64,000 nucleotides of DNA from Candidatus Latescibacterota bacterium (GTDB lineage Bacteria; Latescibacterota; UBA2968; GCA-2709665): the NCBI GenBank assembly GCA_963667175.2, contig CAXXXF010000004.1:328184-392183 (forward strand), in the 5' to 3' direction. A program made the position numbers and the translations under genes. Below, piece after piece: positions 1 to 9,199 of this stretch (positions are counted from its first letter, which is position 1; the number at the start of each line of letters is the position of its first letter). A model generated the notes under the pieces. It was not told the origin of the DNA. It did not search any database and was given only the letters and a program-made list of their open reading frames with translations.

Positions 1-1209
1 GTAGTCGCTGAGAAACCCGCGGCCCGAACTCGCCGGGCAGGAGAACAGGATATTGAGGACCGACATCCTGGCTTTCTCTTCAACCGGGTTCTCAGCATCT
101 TCGGCAATCCTCCGGGCTGCCCAGCGATGCAGTTCACCAAGGTTCGTCAGTTCTCTGTTCCCGTGGACCCGCCTGAATTTCTGAATCAGACCCAGCATCC
201 CCATCAAGCGCTCCTGACAGTGGTGGACGTCGGCCGGGTTCCTTTCGGTCCTGGTCCAGGTCTTGCAGACTTCCTGGTAGATTGCACAGCTTTTTTCTGA
301 CAATCCGTACATAGAGGCCCTGTCAGCGAGTTTCCCGAAGGCGCTCCGCGCGCTCTTGAACCTTTCTTTCGCATTCGCGACGTTTCCTCTGTGAAGCGCG
401 TTCCTGCCCCTGATATACAGATCGAGCCCGATTCCGATCAGGCCCAGGGCGGAATCGATCGTGTCGGCCTCCCGCAGAGCCGCTTCACAATTCGATCCGA
501 AAAAGGCTTCCGAATCTCTATATATCTTTTTTAATATGTCTCCGGGCGGTTCTGCTGGAACCATCTTCCCGGTTCCCACGTCCACACGGATCCATCCCGA
601 TCCATCCGCGGTCCGGCAGAATACAGCCTTCCCGTCGGGCGACCACGCGACCGGGCCGGTGACGTTGCCTTCGAACAGAAGCCTGACGCCGCCTCGATCG
701 TCCACGGTCCAGAGAACCTGTCCGGATCTCGCGAACGGACTGCCCCGATACCCCAAGGCGGCCAGGGACCTGCCGTTGGGCGAGACCCCCATTTCGAGCG
801 GTTGAAAGTCATCGGGCAGCGGCCACAATTCCTCACCGGCGCCGTCCGCACTCAACCGCCAGATTCTGTTGTTCGAAATCGGAAGCGAATATTCGCCGTA
901 GAAATGCGACCCCCACGCTTCGCGCCGCAGGCTGCGCTCCAGGTAGACCAGTTCCGTCCCGTCCGGCGCAAAGTGCAGGGCGCCGGGTTCACCGGGATAG
1001 GCCCTCAGCTTTTCGGGTTTATCGTCTTTCGCCGAGACGATCCATATTTCCGTCAGCGAAACCGTCCCTTCGCCGCGTTGGACGGCGTAGGCGACGCGCC
1101 CGCCATCCGCCGAACGCGCGGCGATAACCCCGGCAGGCGCCGACCCGGCCACGCCCGGCATGATCAGGAAGCCGGTGGCGCCGATGAGGAGGATTTTCAT
1201 CCAATTCAT
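1..1209 (-). CDS. Partial (runs off left edge) secreted large-type TPR/GWxTD-family paralog, N-terminal part
   Basis: Not in the ORF track (no stop in window). Read by hand from ATG 1209/1200: MKILLIGATGFLIMPGVAGSAPAG...AYAVQRGEGTVSLTEIWI...LFSCP...SDY, collinear with the N-terminal third of the 43998-49744 protein. The GWxTD part lies outside the window and is inferred. Confidence 0.8.
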   Translation of the reverse strand, partial: MNWMKILLIGATGFLIMPGVAGSAPAGVIAARSADGGRVAYAVQRGEGTVSLTEIWIVSAKDDKPEKLRAYPGEPGALHFAPDGTELVYLERSLRREAWGSHFYGEYSLPISNNRIWRLSADGAGEELWPLPDDFQPLEMGVSPNGRSLAALGYRGSPFARSGQVLWTVDDRGGVRLLFEGNVTGPVAWSPDGKAVFCRTADGSGWIRVDVGTGKMVPAEPPGDILKKIYRDSEAFFGSNCEAALREADTIDSALGLIGIGLDLYIRGRNALHRGNVANAKERFKSARSAFGKLADRASMYGLSEKSCAIYQEVCKTWTRTERNPADVHHCQERLMGMLGLIQKFRRVHGNRELTNLGELHRWAARRIAEDAENPVEEKARMSVLNILFSCPASSGRGFLSDY

Positions 1210-1233
1210 AAAGAAATCCGGAATCTGAACACT

Positions 1234-1475
1234 TGTCCTGCTCCTGGTTTTTCCTGCATCAGGTTTGGATCCTGTTCCTGGTTTCCAATCCTGTTATTAC
1301 GGGGAGCACCGTATCGTTTACATCCTCCCACTCTTCTTTGGTGGGGCCTGGATGTCGACGATTTGTTTCTCCTGAGAATAAATGGAAGCTCACAACTGCT
1401 CTTCCTGATCACTGGCCACTGCCCACTATTTACTGCTCCTGGTGATAATCCTGCTCAATCCTGCAAATCCTGATC
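1234..1475. repeat. Intergenic repeats (CCTGCTCCTGG; ATCCTG with 9-nt period), inverted relative to the 12.8-15.2 kb array
   Basis: aatcctgctcaatcctgcaaatcctgatc at ~1447-1475 is the reverse complement of the gatcaggatttgcaggatt module of the 12816-13390 array; cctgctcctgg is the reverse complement of ccaggagcagg. Confidence 0.7.
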
Positions 1476-4400
1476 CTACTGCGCGAGGATGAAACTGGCC
1501 TTCTTCTGTGCCAACTCGCCACTCTGCATATCGATGACGGTGACGTTCAGATTGTATTTGCCCGCGGGGCGGTTTTCCAGCTCGAGTTCCACGTATTCGA
1601 CTTCCATGTTATCCTCGCCCACCATCTCGTACGTCACTTCCAGCTCTTCACGCTTGCCCTTCTTCCACCTTATAAGGCTGGTGATGATACCCAGGGGGCT
1701 GAAGCCGCCCTTCTTCGTGACGGTGTAGGATACCTGGTAGTTCGTCTGCCCGAAATCGTCCTTCGTCAGGTTATAGATTTCGTAGTAGACGAATACATTC
1801 TGTCCTACCCTGTAGGTCCGCGTCGGCATCGGAATGACCCACAGTGTGCCCTTGTTGAATTTATCCTCCTCCTTGCGGCTGGATATCCGCCACGCCAGTT
1901 CCAGGTCGCTCACCTGGAGACTGTGCCGTTCATAGGACTCGATTTCAATGTCCTGACGATACCGCCCGTGCTGAACGGACAGATTGTCCTTTATCTTCAC
2001 TTCCATCCTGTAACGCCCGGGGGGCACGTCCAACCGCGCGAGGTCCGGCACGAACGCGCTGCGTTCCGCGGTCACGTCCCCCTTGGCCGCGAATTGTACC
2101 TTGTCCTCGCTCCGGTAGACCGCTCCGGTTGCCGGATTCCGTAGCGCCACGGTCCGGTCGACCATAATTTCCGTCCGGTCGTCATCGATCATATAGTGCC
2201 CCTGGCGCCGCGGTATCCCCACGTAGACCTCCAGCGCGGTCCGGAAATCCCTTTCACTCCTGAAGTCAGCCGAGTTGAAATAGAATTCCATCGGTAGCGT
2301 GTTTTTCGGCCGCACGAAGTAGTTCGGATGCGCCGCGGCGGCCATGCGGTAGATATTGCGGGGGCTGTAGCGGGTAAACATGGCCAGCCGGCGGGCGGGA
2401 ATCCCGGCATCCAGCGGTTCAGGCGCATAGTTGTAGTTTCCGTTGCTGAACTCGTCGGTGAAGGTAATCTCGATGCCGCTGCCCACGTCGACGTACGTCC
2501 ACGTTTCCCACGGGACCATCGAGCCGTCGTAGGTCGCCGTGACCGGTCTGTAGGACCCCCCCGGACCCCTGCCGCCCAGGCTGCGCACGGGGTAGACCGG
2601 ACCGACGAACGTTGAGCTGGCGCCGCGAAGGCCGATTCCACGGCGCGGCGGGCGCGCAGCCCCGTAGAGCGTCCTGGAAAGACGTTCCTTGACCCGCTGA
2701 ACCGCCATGGATTGCTGGAAGTTCAACTCTTTGGAGGTGGAGCGGTGATCGGGTTCGCCGAAGCGGATGTAGACCTCGCCGCGCTGGTCCCAGGGCTCCC
2801 TGCCTTCGGAGAAATTCTGCATGGCGAACGACACCCGCCGATAATGCTCCAGGAGGCGCTCGTTGGCGGCCGTGGTCAGGTCCGGGTCCTGGTCCGCCCA
2901 GAACTTCCTCACAAAGTCCCATTGTTCTTCCGGCGGTGTCTGTTCGAAGGCCGCCAGCGTCTCCTTGGGCGCAACCAGCCGGATATCGTGGTAGTGCCCC
3001 TTCTCGGCCGCATCGGCCCCTTCGAGAAAGTCTCTGAAGAAGGCGGCGGCCCTGTCGTACGCCTCCAGCTTCATGCAGGCCTGGGCGAGGATTGGCAAGA
3101 CCTGGTCGTCGTCCGGATTCTGTACGGCGTAATCCTCCAGGACTTCCAGGATGCGGCCGTAGTCCTTCGTTCTCAGGTAAATCGATCCCAGCCGCTTGCG
3201 CCCCTCCGGGTCGCCGGGCCGCAAGCCCATATACTTCGCATAGTAGAGCGCGGCTTTCTCGTAGTTTTTCTCGAATTCCTCCACCCATTTCCCCATCAGA
3301 AGATAGGCGGGCGCGTAGCGGGGGTCAATTGCCAGTACTTTTTTGACTTCCCGCCGTACGTCGTGTTCGTCCAGTTTGTACCGGATATCGGCAATATTGA
3401 ACCTTGCTTCCACGTGGCGCCGGTCGTACTGGAGGGCTTTCTGGAAATAGCGGATGGCGTCGTAATTTCCCCTGGGCCACTTGCGGAAGGTGAGACCCAG
3501 GCCGAAGTAGGCCTCGGCCAGCGTGTGGTCGCATTCGATCGCGCGTTCGAATGACTTGACGGCGCGCTCCAGCCTCTCCGCCTCCAGATAGGCGAACCCG
3601 AGCCTGCTGTGCCCGCGGGCGTAATCCTGAGCCACGCCGGCCAGGATTTCAAGGGTGGAGATCGCCCGCAGCGGCTCATGCGGGGTGAGTTCAGTGCCGA
3701 GGTAGAGGAGGGAGTCGATCTGCGCCTTGCCCACGCGCCGGTCGACGGTGCGATATCCCGCGCTGCTGCGGACGGCTTCAACCAGGGTACCGTCGTGGAA
3801 GAAACTGGTGACAACGGCTTCGCCGTCCTCGGCTTCCGGGCGGTATCCGTGCGTGTAGCTGATCCGGCGGCCTTTTTCAGGGTCTATCGCCGAGCGAAAC
3901 AGGGTCTTCAGAACGGTCGAGTCCGCCGGTGTGAGCGTATGGGTTTCAATCCAGTCCCTGAGCGTCGCCAGGTCGGTCGGCCGCTGGTTTTCGTGGGCAT
4001 TCTCGTATGCATGGAGGGCGTCGCCAATGACGGTCAGATGGTCCCGGCAGACCCAGCGGGCGCCGGGCGTTGCTGCGGCTTGCGGCGCCATCGCGGCCAG
4101 CGCCCCCGCGTAGGACAGGACCGGCTCTTCGTAGAGCCCGTACTCTTCAAATCTGAGAGGCAGGGCCGCCCACGCCCGGGAGGCTTTCCGGTAACGCTTT
4201 ACCGCCGATCGGAATTCCCAGCGGTGCACGGTGGTGTAGGCCAGGGCCGAGGCGTTGAATGCCGTCGCAACGCCCCACAGCACGGCCTTGGCGGCCGAAC
4301 TCGGGCGCGGCGCGTTTCGGGTCGCCACGACCGGCGGCGTTACCGGTTCCGCCTCGAAGTCCGTCTTCGAACGCGCGATCGATCCGTCCAGAACGGAGAT

Positions 4401-4886
4401 CTCCCAGACACCCGATTCGACCAGCGGCAAGGACCTGTTCGGGAGCATGGTAAGCGTATGCAGGGGGACCTTTAAGGCAGTCTCCTGAAAGCGAAGACGT
4501 TCCCCGTACGCAACCCACGCCAGTCGCCCTGGCTGGCCGGGAAAGGTGCCGAGGTGGCGAGGCTGGCTTCCACGGGTTTCGACCCATATTTCGGTTATGG
4601 CGGAGGAACCGGTTTCCAGCCCGATCGCCCACGCGGTATGCCCCCCGCTGGAGACCGATATCGCGGTTTGACGAACTTCCGCATCGAGGCCCCGGGAGGG
4701 GAAGAATGCGAACACGGCCGCGGTCGAAAACAGGATCAACGCCTGGCGTCTCGCACGCACGGATTGGCTACGCGGTCTCATGGCCTGAACCTCACCTGGA
4801 TCGAACAGTCGTGTTGCCGCTGTTCCGCTTCTTCGCCGTACCCCGTTCCGATTCAGCATGTTATGCGATTTTTCACAGCGGAGCAA
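1476..4886 (-). CDS. Large secreted TPR + GWxTD-like domain protein (PWDQRG variant)
   Basis: 1136-aa ORF with a hydrophobic signal-like segment, multiple TPRs (AEAYFGLG, EARFNIA), FW..QDPD..T..NER..EHYRRV..A, PWDQRGEVYIRFGEPD, WETWTY and a C-terminal beta-sandwich with FVYYEIYNL. True start probably downstream of 4886. Confidence 0.85.
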   Translation of the reverse strand: MLRCEKSHNMLNRNGVRRRSGTAATRLFDPGEVQAMRPRSQSVRARRQALILFSTAAVFAFFPSRGLDAEVRQTAISVSSGGHTAWAIGLETGSSAITEIWVETRGSQPRHLGTFPGQPGRLAWVAYGERLRFQETALKVPLHTLTMLPNRSLPLVESGVWEISVLDGSIARSKTDFEAEPVTPPVVATRNAPRPSSAAKAVLWGVATAFNASALAYTTVHRWEFRSAVKRYRKASRAWAALPLRFEEYGLYEEPVLSYAGALAAMAPQAAATPGARWVCRDHLTVIGDALHAYENAHENQRPTDLATLRDWIETHTLTPADSTVLKTLFRSAIDPEKGRRISYTHGYRPEAEDGEAVVTSFFHDGTLVEAVRSSAGYRTVDRRVGKAQIDSLLYLGTELTPHEPLRAISTLEILAGVAQDYARGHSRLGFAYLEAERLERAVKSFERAIECDHTLAEAYFGLGLTFRKWPRGNYDAIRYFQKALQYDRRHVEARFNIADIRYKLDEHDVRREVKKVLAIDPRYAPAYLLMGKWVEEFEKNYEKAALYYAKYMGLRPGDPEGRKRLGSIYLRTKDYGRILEVLEDYAVQNPDDDQVLPILAQACMKLEAYDRAAAFFRDFLEGADAAEKGHYHDIRLVAPKETLAAFEQTPPEEQWDFVRKFWADQDPDLTTAANERLLEHYRRVSFAMQNFSEGREPWDQRGEVYIRFGEPDHRSTSKELNFQQSMAVQRVKERLSRTLYGAARPPRRGIGLRGASSTFVGPVYPVRSLGGRGPGGSYRPVTATYDGSMVPWETWTYVDVGSGIEITFTDEFSNGNYNYAPEPLDAGIPARRLAMFTRYSPRNIYRMAAAAHPNYFVRPKNTLPMEFYFNSADFRSERDFRTALEVYVGIPRRQGHYMIDDDRTEIMVDRTVALRNPATGAVYRSEDKVQFAAKGDVTAERSAFVPDLARLDVPPGRYRMEVKIKDNLSVQHGRYRQDIEIESYERHSLQVSDLELAWRISSRKEEDKFNKGTLWVIPMPTRTYRVGQNVFVYYEIYNLTKDDFGQTNYQVSYTVTKKGGFSPLGIITSLIRWKKGKREELEVTYEMVGEDNMEVEYVELELENRPAGKYNLNVTVIDMQSGELAQKKASFILAQ

Positions 4887-5049
4887 GCATTTCCCGAAAC
4901 GTGATCTTCCAGAATGTCATTCTGAGCGCTACGAAGAATCTCCCGTCGTCTCTCTTGTCCGTAACGCAACAACGCGCTAAGCACATTTGCGCGGACACAT
5001 CAATGGCATGACGCGATGCGGGCAGACAGGAATGTCTGCCTGCCTCCCG

Positions 5050-6160
5050 TTACGGCTTGTAGACCAGCACTTCATCCGTCGAAACCAGATCCTTCAGGCC
5101 GCCGGAAAACATGACCCGGCCGTCGCTGAGCGGCGTAACGGTATACAGGATGCGATTCTGACCAATGCTGTGTCCCGTACGTAAGGCAGTACCTGTGGCC
5201 GGATCATAAATCGCCGCGTCTCTGCCGGACAGGATAAACACCTTGCCTGTTGGCAAAAGAAACGCGGCATCGACGGACGGCAGTCCCGTGTCGCCTGCCG
5301 GCGCGAACGTCTCCGTCGCGGGGTCGAAAAATTCGGCCGACGTCACATACTGCACGTCCTCCGAAACGACGTCGTCCCTGCGCCCGCCAATAATCAACAC
5401 CCGTCCGTCCTGCAGCAGCATCGCTTTGTGCCGCCATCGCTCGTTATTCAAATCGCCGGCACGTGTAAAGTCACCGGTCGAAGGATCGAAGATTTCACAG
5501 ATCCTGACCATTTCGGCGCCATTCGTTCCACCTGCGATCAAAACACGCCCGTCTGACAGCAGGGTCGCCGTGTGGGCGCTACGGGAAGCGATCATCCTCT
5601 TGATCGACGAAAACACTCCCGTGTCCTGGTTGAAAATGGCCGCGTTGCCCTGTCCGTCCGATATGAAGACATCACCATTGAGGAGGAGCGTCAGGTTGTT
5701 GCCGGGTCCGAACGACGGAATGGATGATGCGGCCGTGAATTTCCCTGTTCCCGGATCGAATAATTCGACCGGATGATTGCCCAAACCCATAATCGCGACC
5801 CGACCGTCCTGCAACAGGATTGCCGTGTCCTGCGTGCGGGCCTGCGACATCGTTCCCGTTGTCGACGATTTTCCACTTTCAAGATCGAACAGTTCCGCGC
5901 TGTCGTGGTTCATATTCGCCTGCGAATGGCCTGGTCGATCCGTTTCGGTACCCCCCGGCGATGAGCACCCGGCCGTTCTTCAATTGCACCGCAACGTGCC
6001 AGAACCGCGATATGGTCATCCTCCCAACGACTTCAAACCCTCCGGGATCGCCCTGAGGATCCGAGGGCGTCGGCGAATCGGCGCCACAAGCGAGGAGACA
6101 TAGGAAAACCGCCAGTACAATCGGAAATCTCCTGGACATCGCATTCCCCTTCTCACTCAA
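5050..6160 (-). pseudogene. Kelch-repeat (beta-propeller) lipoprotein, frameshifted
   Basis: N-part 5879-6160 has lipobox LLAC and GRVLIAGG. C-part 5050-5913 has kelch repeats (LLQDGRV..GG, AE.FDP). Removing one base at ~5943-5956 gives ...GG[YR/TE]TDRPGHSQANMNHDSAELFD, matching paralog 36863-37960. Confidence 0.8.
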
Positions 6161-6244
6161 TCACGCGGAACAACACACCGCGCGACACCACCTCATCGCT
6201 ATGCACATCTCTAATCCGCACCGACAGGCGATGCACACCGGCAG
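6153..6244 (-). pseudogene. 3'-end relic of a GWxTD gene
   Basis: Translates PAGVHRLSVRIRDVHSDEVVSRGVLFRVIE*, nearly identical to the C-terminus of 33882-36356, with no upstream body. Confidence 0.75.
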
Positions 6245-6352
6245 CGATGGGCCGACCAATTGGGATCCCATCCGGTGACCTCGCCAGATGCCGCGGCGAC
6301 ACGCTGAATGGAGCAGGCTGTTCCGTTGCGTTAAAATGCCAGATTCAATGGT

Positions 6353-8797
6353 CTATCGAATCGCAAACGATACCGCCGACGTTGCTTTGCTGCCTGCGAT
6401 CTCATCCGATACGTTGACGATCAACAACTGGCGCCCCGGGTCCGTATTCGACATATTCAGTTCCAGGTAACCGTGCTCGTCGGCTTTGTCTCCCTCGTGC
6501 GCGTATTCCACGCTCACAACCTCCGCTTTCCTGTCAATGCCGACCAACCTTCCGACCGCCTTCAATGTTCTGACCGCAATATTTCCCCTATTGAGCGAAT
6601 GCAGGTCGTACGATACGCGATACTTTGTCCGGCCGAATTCATCCTTTTCCAGGTTATATACCTCATAATAGACGAACACGGGCTGCACAGACAGATAGAA
6701 GAGGCTCGGATTGGGCACGACTTCGATCTTTCCTTTTGCAAATTTACTTCCGCGGCTGGGGCGGATCAGCGCCGCCATTTCGATATCGCTCAACCTGAGT
6801 GAATCGTCGCCGAATGCGGATAGAATCACCTCCCGGTTATAAACCTGGGATTTGTCCGACGACGCGTCAAGAATCTGGACCGACAGCCGGTAGGTACCCG
6901 GCGCCACCGAAAGCCGGTCCATCTCCGGTACAAATGCGAGTTGCGTGGTGTCCACCGTTCCCGACGCGTATAACTCCATATCCTCACTCGACCGATACAC
7001 CGGCACGTTGTCCTCGTCGTACAGCACCAGGCCTCGTTTCAGGTAAGCCGTGTGCCTCCCATCCGATGCCGCCGAATAGCTCAGGTCTCGCGTTGGAATG
7101 CCGAAATAGACCTCCAGCGCGGGTCCTCCCTTGCCCTTGAACCTTGCCACGTCGAAAAAGAAGTCCAGCGGCGCCGTAGCGAAATCCTGCTCGTACACCT
7201 CCGGCGTCTTGCGCGCCACGCGATGCATCACGATACCGGGATTCATCCGTTGCCAGATCAGATTCGACCTGGTCGCGGTATCGACCGAAGGATTGAGGTT
7301 TATGGTTGTTGGTTCGTCGGTCAACAACGCGGTACCGGGATTTCGCCCCGTGATCTCGTCCACCCAGACCAGAGCGCCGGCATGCGGCATTTCTGCGTAC
7401 TTGTAAGGACCCGGCGTGTACTCCTGTGCGAACGTGACTTCAACGCCGCCCCCGACTCTCGTGTAGATCCAATATTCCCAGACCCCTCGAACCGGGTAGA
7501 CCGGATAACCCAGAATAGTGGATAAAGTCTCCTGGTCATCCATGCCTCTCTCAGTGCCTCCGTCCATATCCCTGTAAAAGGTGACCATGCGCCGACTCAG
7601 AAGGAGGTGCGCCAGGGCTTCCCCGGCCTGGTTCATCAGCCGGTCCTTCACCGCCAGAACCCCGGGATCGGTCTCAAAGCGGATGTTCTCGGATGAGCTG
7701 ATATGGGCAGGTCTGCCGTAACGCACGTACACCTCCCCACGCACGTCCCAGGGATACTTGTGCTCGCCGAAATGCTCCCGCGCATACGCGACTCGGCGAC
7801 AGTGCTCGATCCATCGCTCGTTGGCCGGCGTTACCGGCGCAGGGTCGCGTCCGGCCCAGAACGCTTCCGATAGCGCCTTTCGATCCCCTTCAGACGCGGC
7901 CTCGAAACGCGCGAGTTCGTCGCCGATCGCCACCAGACTCAAGTCGTAATACACCGCCTGTTCTTCCGGCGTCAGCCCCTCGACGTAGGCGTCCAGCGGC
8001 GCGTCCGCAAGGTCGTGGTCTCTGGCGGTCTGATGCACCTCCGCCATTTCCAGCAGCGCCCGCCGTTGATAGGCATTCGGCGTAACCGCAACCGGCTTCA
8101 GCTGGGTCAGCGCCTCGTCCGTCCGCCCGGACTCCTTCAATGTCCGGCCGAGATACGTCCGCGCGCCGAAGTGTTGGGGATTCACCTCAAGCTGCCGCCG
8201 GTACGCCGCTTCCGCCTTCTGAGCGTTCCGATACCTGCCCGCCTCGCCATACGTATGGATCCGCCCGATCTGAAACCATGCATCCGGATGCCGGGGATCC
8301 ACTTTCACCAACTTCTGATAGGTATCCAGTTCCTTGGTATCGCCAATCGTCCGGTAAACCTGTGCGAGGTTGACGTAGGCCTCGATATATCCGCGGTCCG
8401 CCTGGTACGCGCTCCGGAAATACCTGATCGCCCAATCCAGCATCCTGTCCGTATTCCGGAATACCAGGCCCAGTCCGTTCAGCGCCGGCGCGTAGTTCTT
8501 CCGCTTTCGGAGCGCCTGGCGAAACGCTTTCTCCGCCGCCTTCAGGTCGCCTCTCTTAAGGTGCACGTGGCCCAGCCCCACGTAAGAGGGGAGATGGTCT
8601 TTGTTCAGCGTGATTGCGCGCTCAAATCGAGCAGCCTCGGCGGCCAGTGAATCCCGTTCTGCAAGTTCGATGACCTTTTTATAGAGGGAGTCAATTCTGC
8701 CGGCATTTTCTTTCGACAAAGCATGCACAGGCGCTTTGGGCGCACACGGGACGATAGCGATTGCGACAGCGGGCAGCCACAACATAACTGATTTCAT
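6353..8797 (-). CDS. Secreted TPR + GWxTD-like domain protein (PWDVRG variant)
   Basis: ORF track 6353-8932. Likely start ATG 8797 (MKSVMLWLPAVAIAIV, signal peptide) because the longer start overlaps the upstream promoter cassette. TPRs, PWDVRGEVYVRYGRP, FVYYEVYNL. Confidence 0.85.
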   Translation of the reverse strand: MKSVMLWLPAVAIAIVPCAPKAPVHALSKENAGRIDSLYKKVIELAERDSLAAEAARFERAITLNKDHLPSYVGLGHVHLKRGDLKAAEKAFRQALRKRKNYAPALNGLGLVFRNTDRMLDWAIRYFRSAYQADRGYIEAYVNLAQVYRTIGDTKELDTYQKLVKVDPRHPDAWFQIGRIHTYGEAGRYRNAQKAEAAYRRQLEVNPQHFGARTYLGRTLKESGRTDEALTQLKPVAVTPNAYQRRALLEMAEVHQTARDHDLADAPLDAYVEGLTPEEQAVYYDLSLVAIGDELARFEAASEGDRKALSEAFWAGRDPAPVTPANERWIEHCRRVAYAREHFGEHKYPWDVRGEVYVRYGRPAHISSSENIRFETDPGVLAVKDRLMNQAGEALAHLLLSRRMVTFYRDMDGGTERGMDDQETLSTILGYPVYPVRGVWEYWIYTRVGGGVEVTFAQEYTPGPYKYAEMPHAGALVWVDEITGRNPGTALLTDEPTTINLNPSVDTATRSNLIWQRMNPGIVMHRVARKTPEVYEQDFATAPLDFFFDVARFKGKGGPALEVYFGIPTRDLSYSAASDGRHTAYLKRGLVLYDEDNVPVYRSSEDMELYASGTVDTTQLAFVPEMDRLSVAPGTYRLSVQILDASSDKSQVYNREVILSAFGDDSLRLSDIEMAALIRPSRGSKFAKGKIEVVPNPSLFYLSVQPVFVYYEVYNLEKDEFGRTKYRVSYDLHSLNRGNIAVRTLKAVGRLVGIDRKAEVVSVEYAHEGDKADEHGYLELNMSNTDPGRQLLIVNVSDEIAGSKATSAVSFAIR

Positions 8798-8897
8798 GCA
8801 GAGGCCCTTCTGAGCGAAGGAGAACGCGAGACGCAGCATCGCGGATAAGAGTGGAAGACCTGGGTCAATGAACGCACACGGGCTCTTCATTCGCCAA

Positions 8898-9005
8898 CCC
8901 GTCCTTCCCAAAAGACACGGGCCAGGCGCCATGGGTTCAAAAAAAGCCCGGACACCCTGTCTTCCGGACTCGTTTCGCGCCTGGGCGATGAACTCTGGGT
9001 AACCG
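8898..9005 (-). promoter_or_regulatory. Conserved upstream cassette copy 1: hairpin + U-tract followed by GAAC-N18-GTCT (ECF-sigma-like promoter)
   Basis: Minus strand agtccggaagacagggtgtccgggc-T-run-GAAC-ccatggcgcctggcccgt-GTCT. Same element at 20531, 36585 and 52995. Confidence 0.6.
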
Positions 9006-9199
9006 GGGGTTATGTCACGTCGTTGCGCAACATCGTTCCTGCTCCCTGGCGAGCGTGCAGCAAACTGACAGTTCGCTCTACCAGATCAAGCGTACTCATC
9101 ACTGAATCGCGCTCCGTTGCATCGTAGGGACACCCCTTGTGGGCCTGCCTGCCAAAGCGTCACTGGCAGGCGCAGGCAGGCCCCACCCTAACAACGGCA

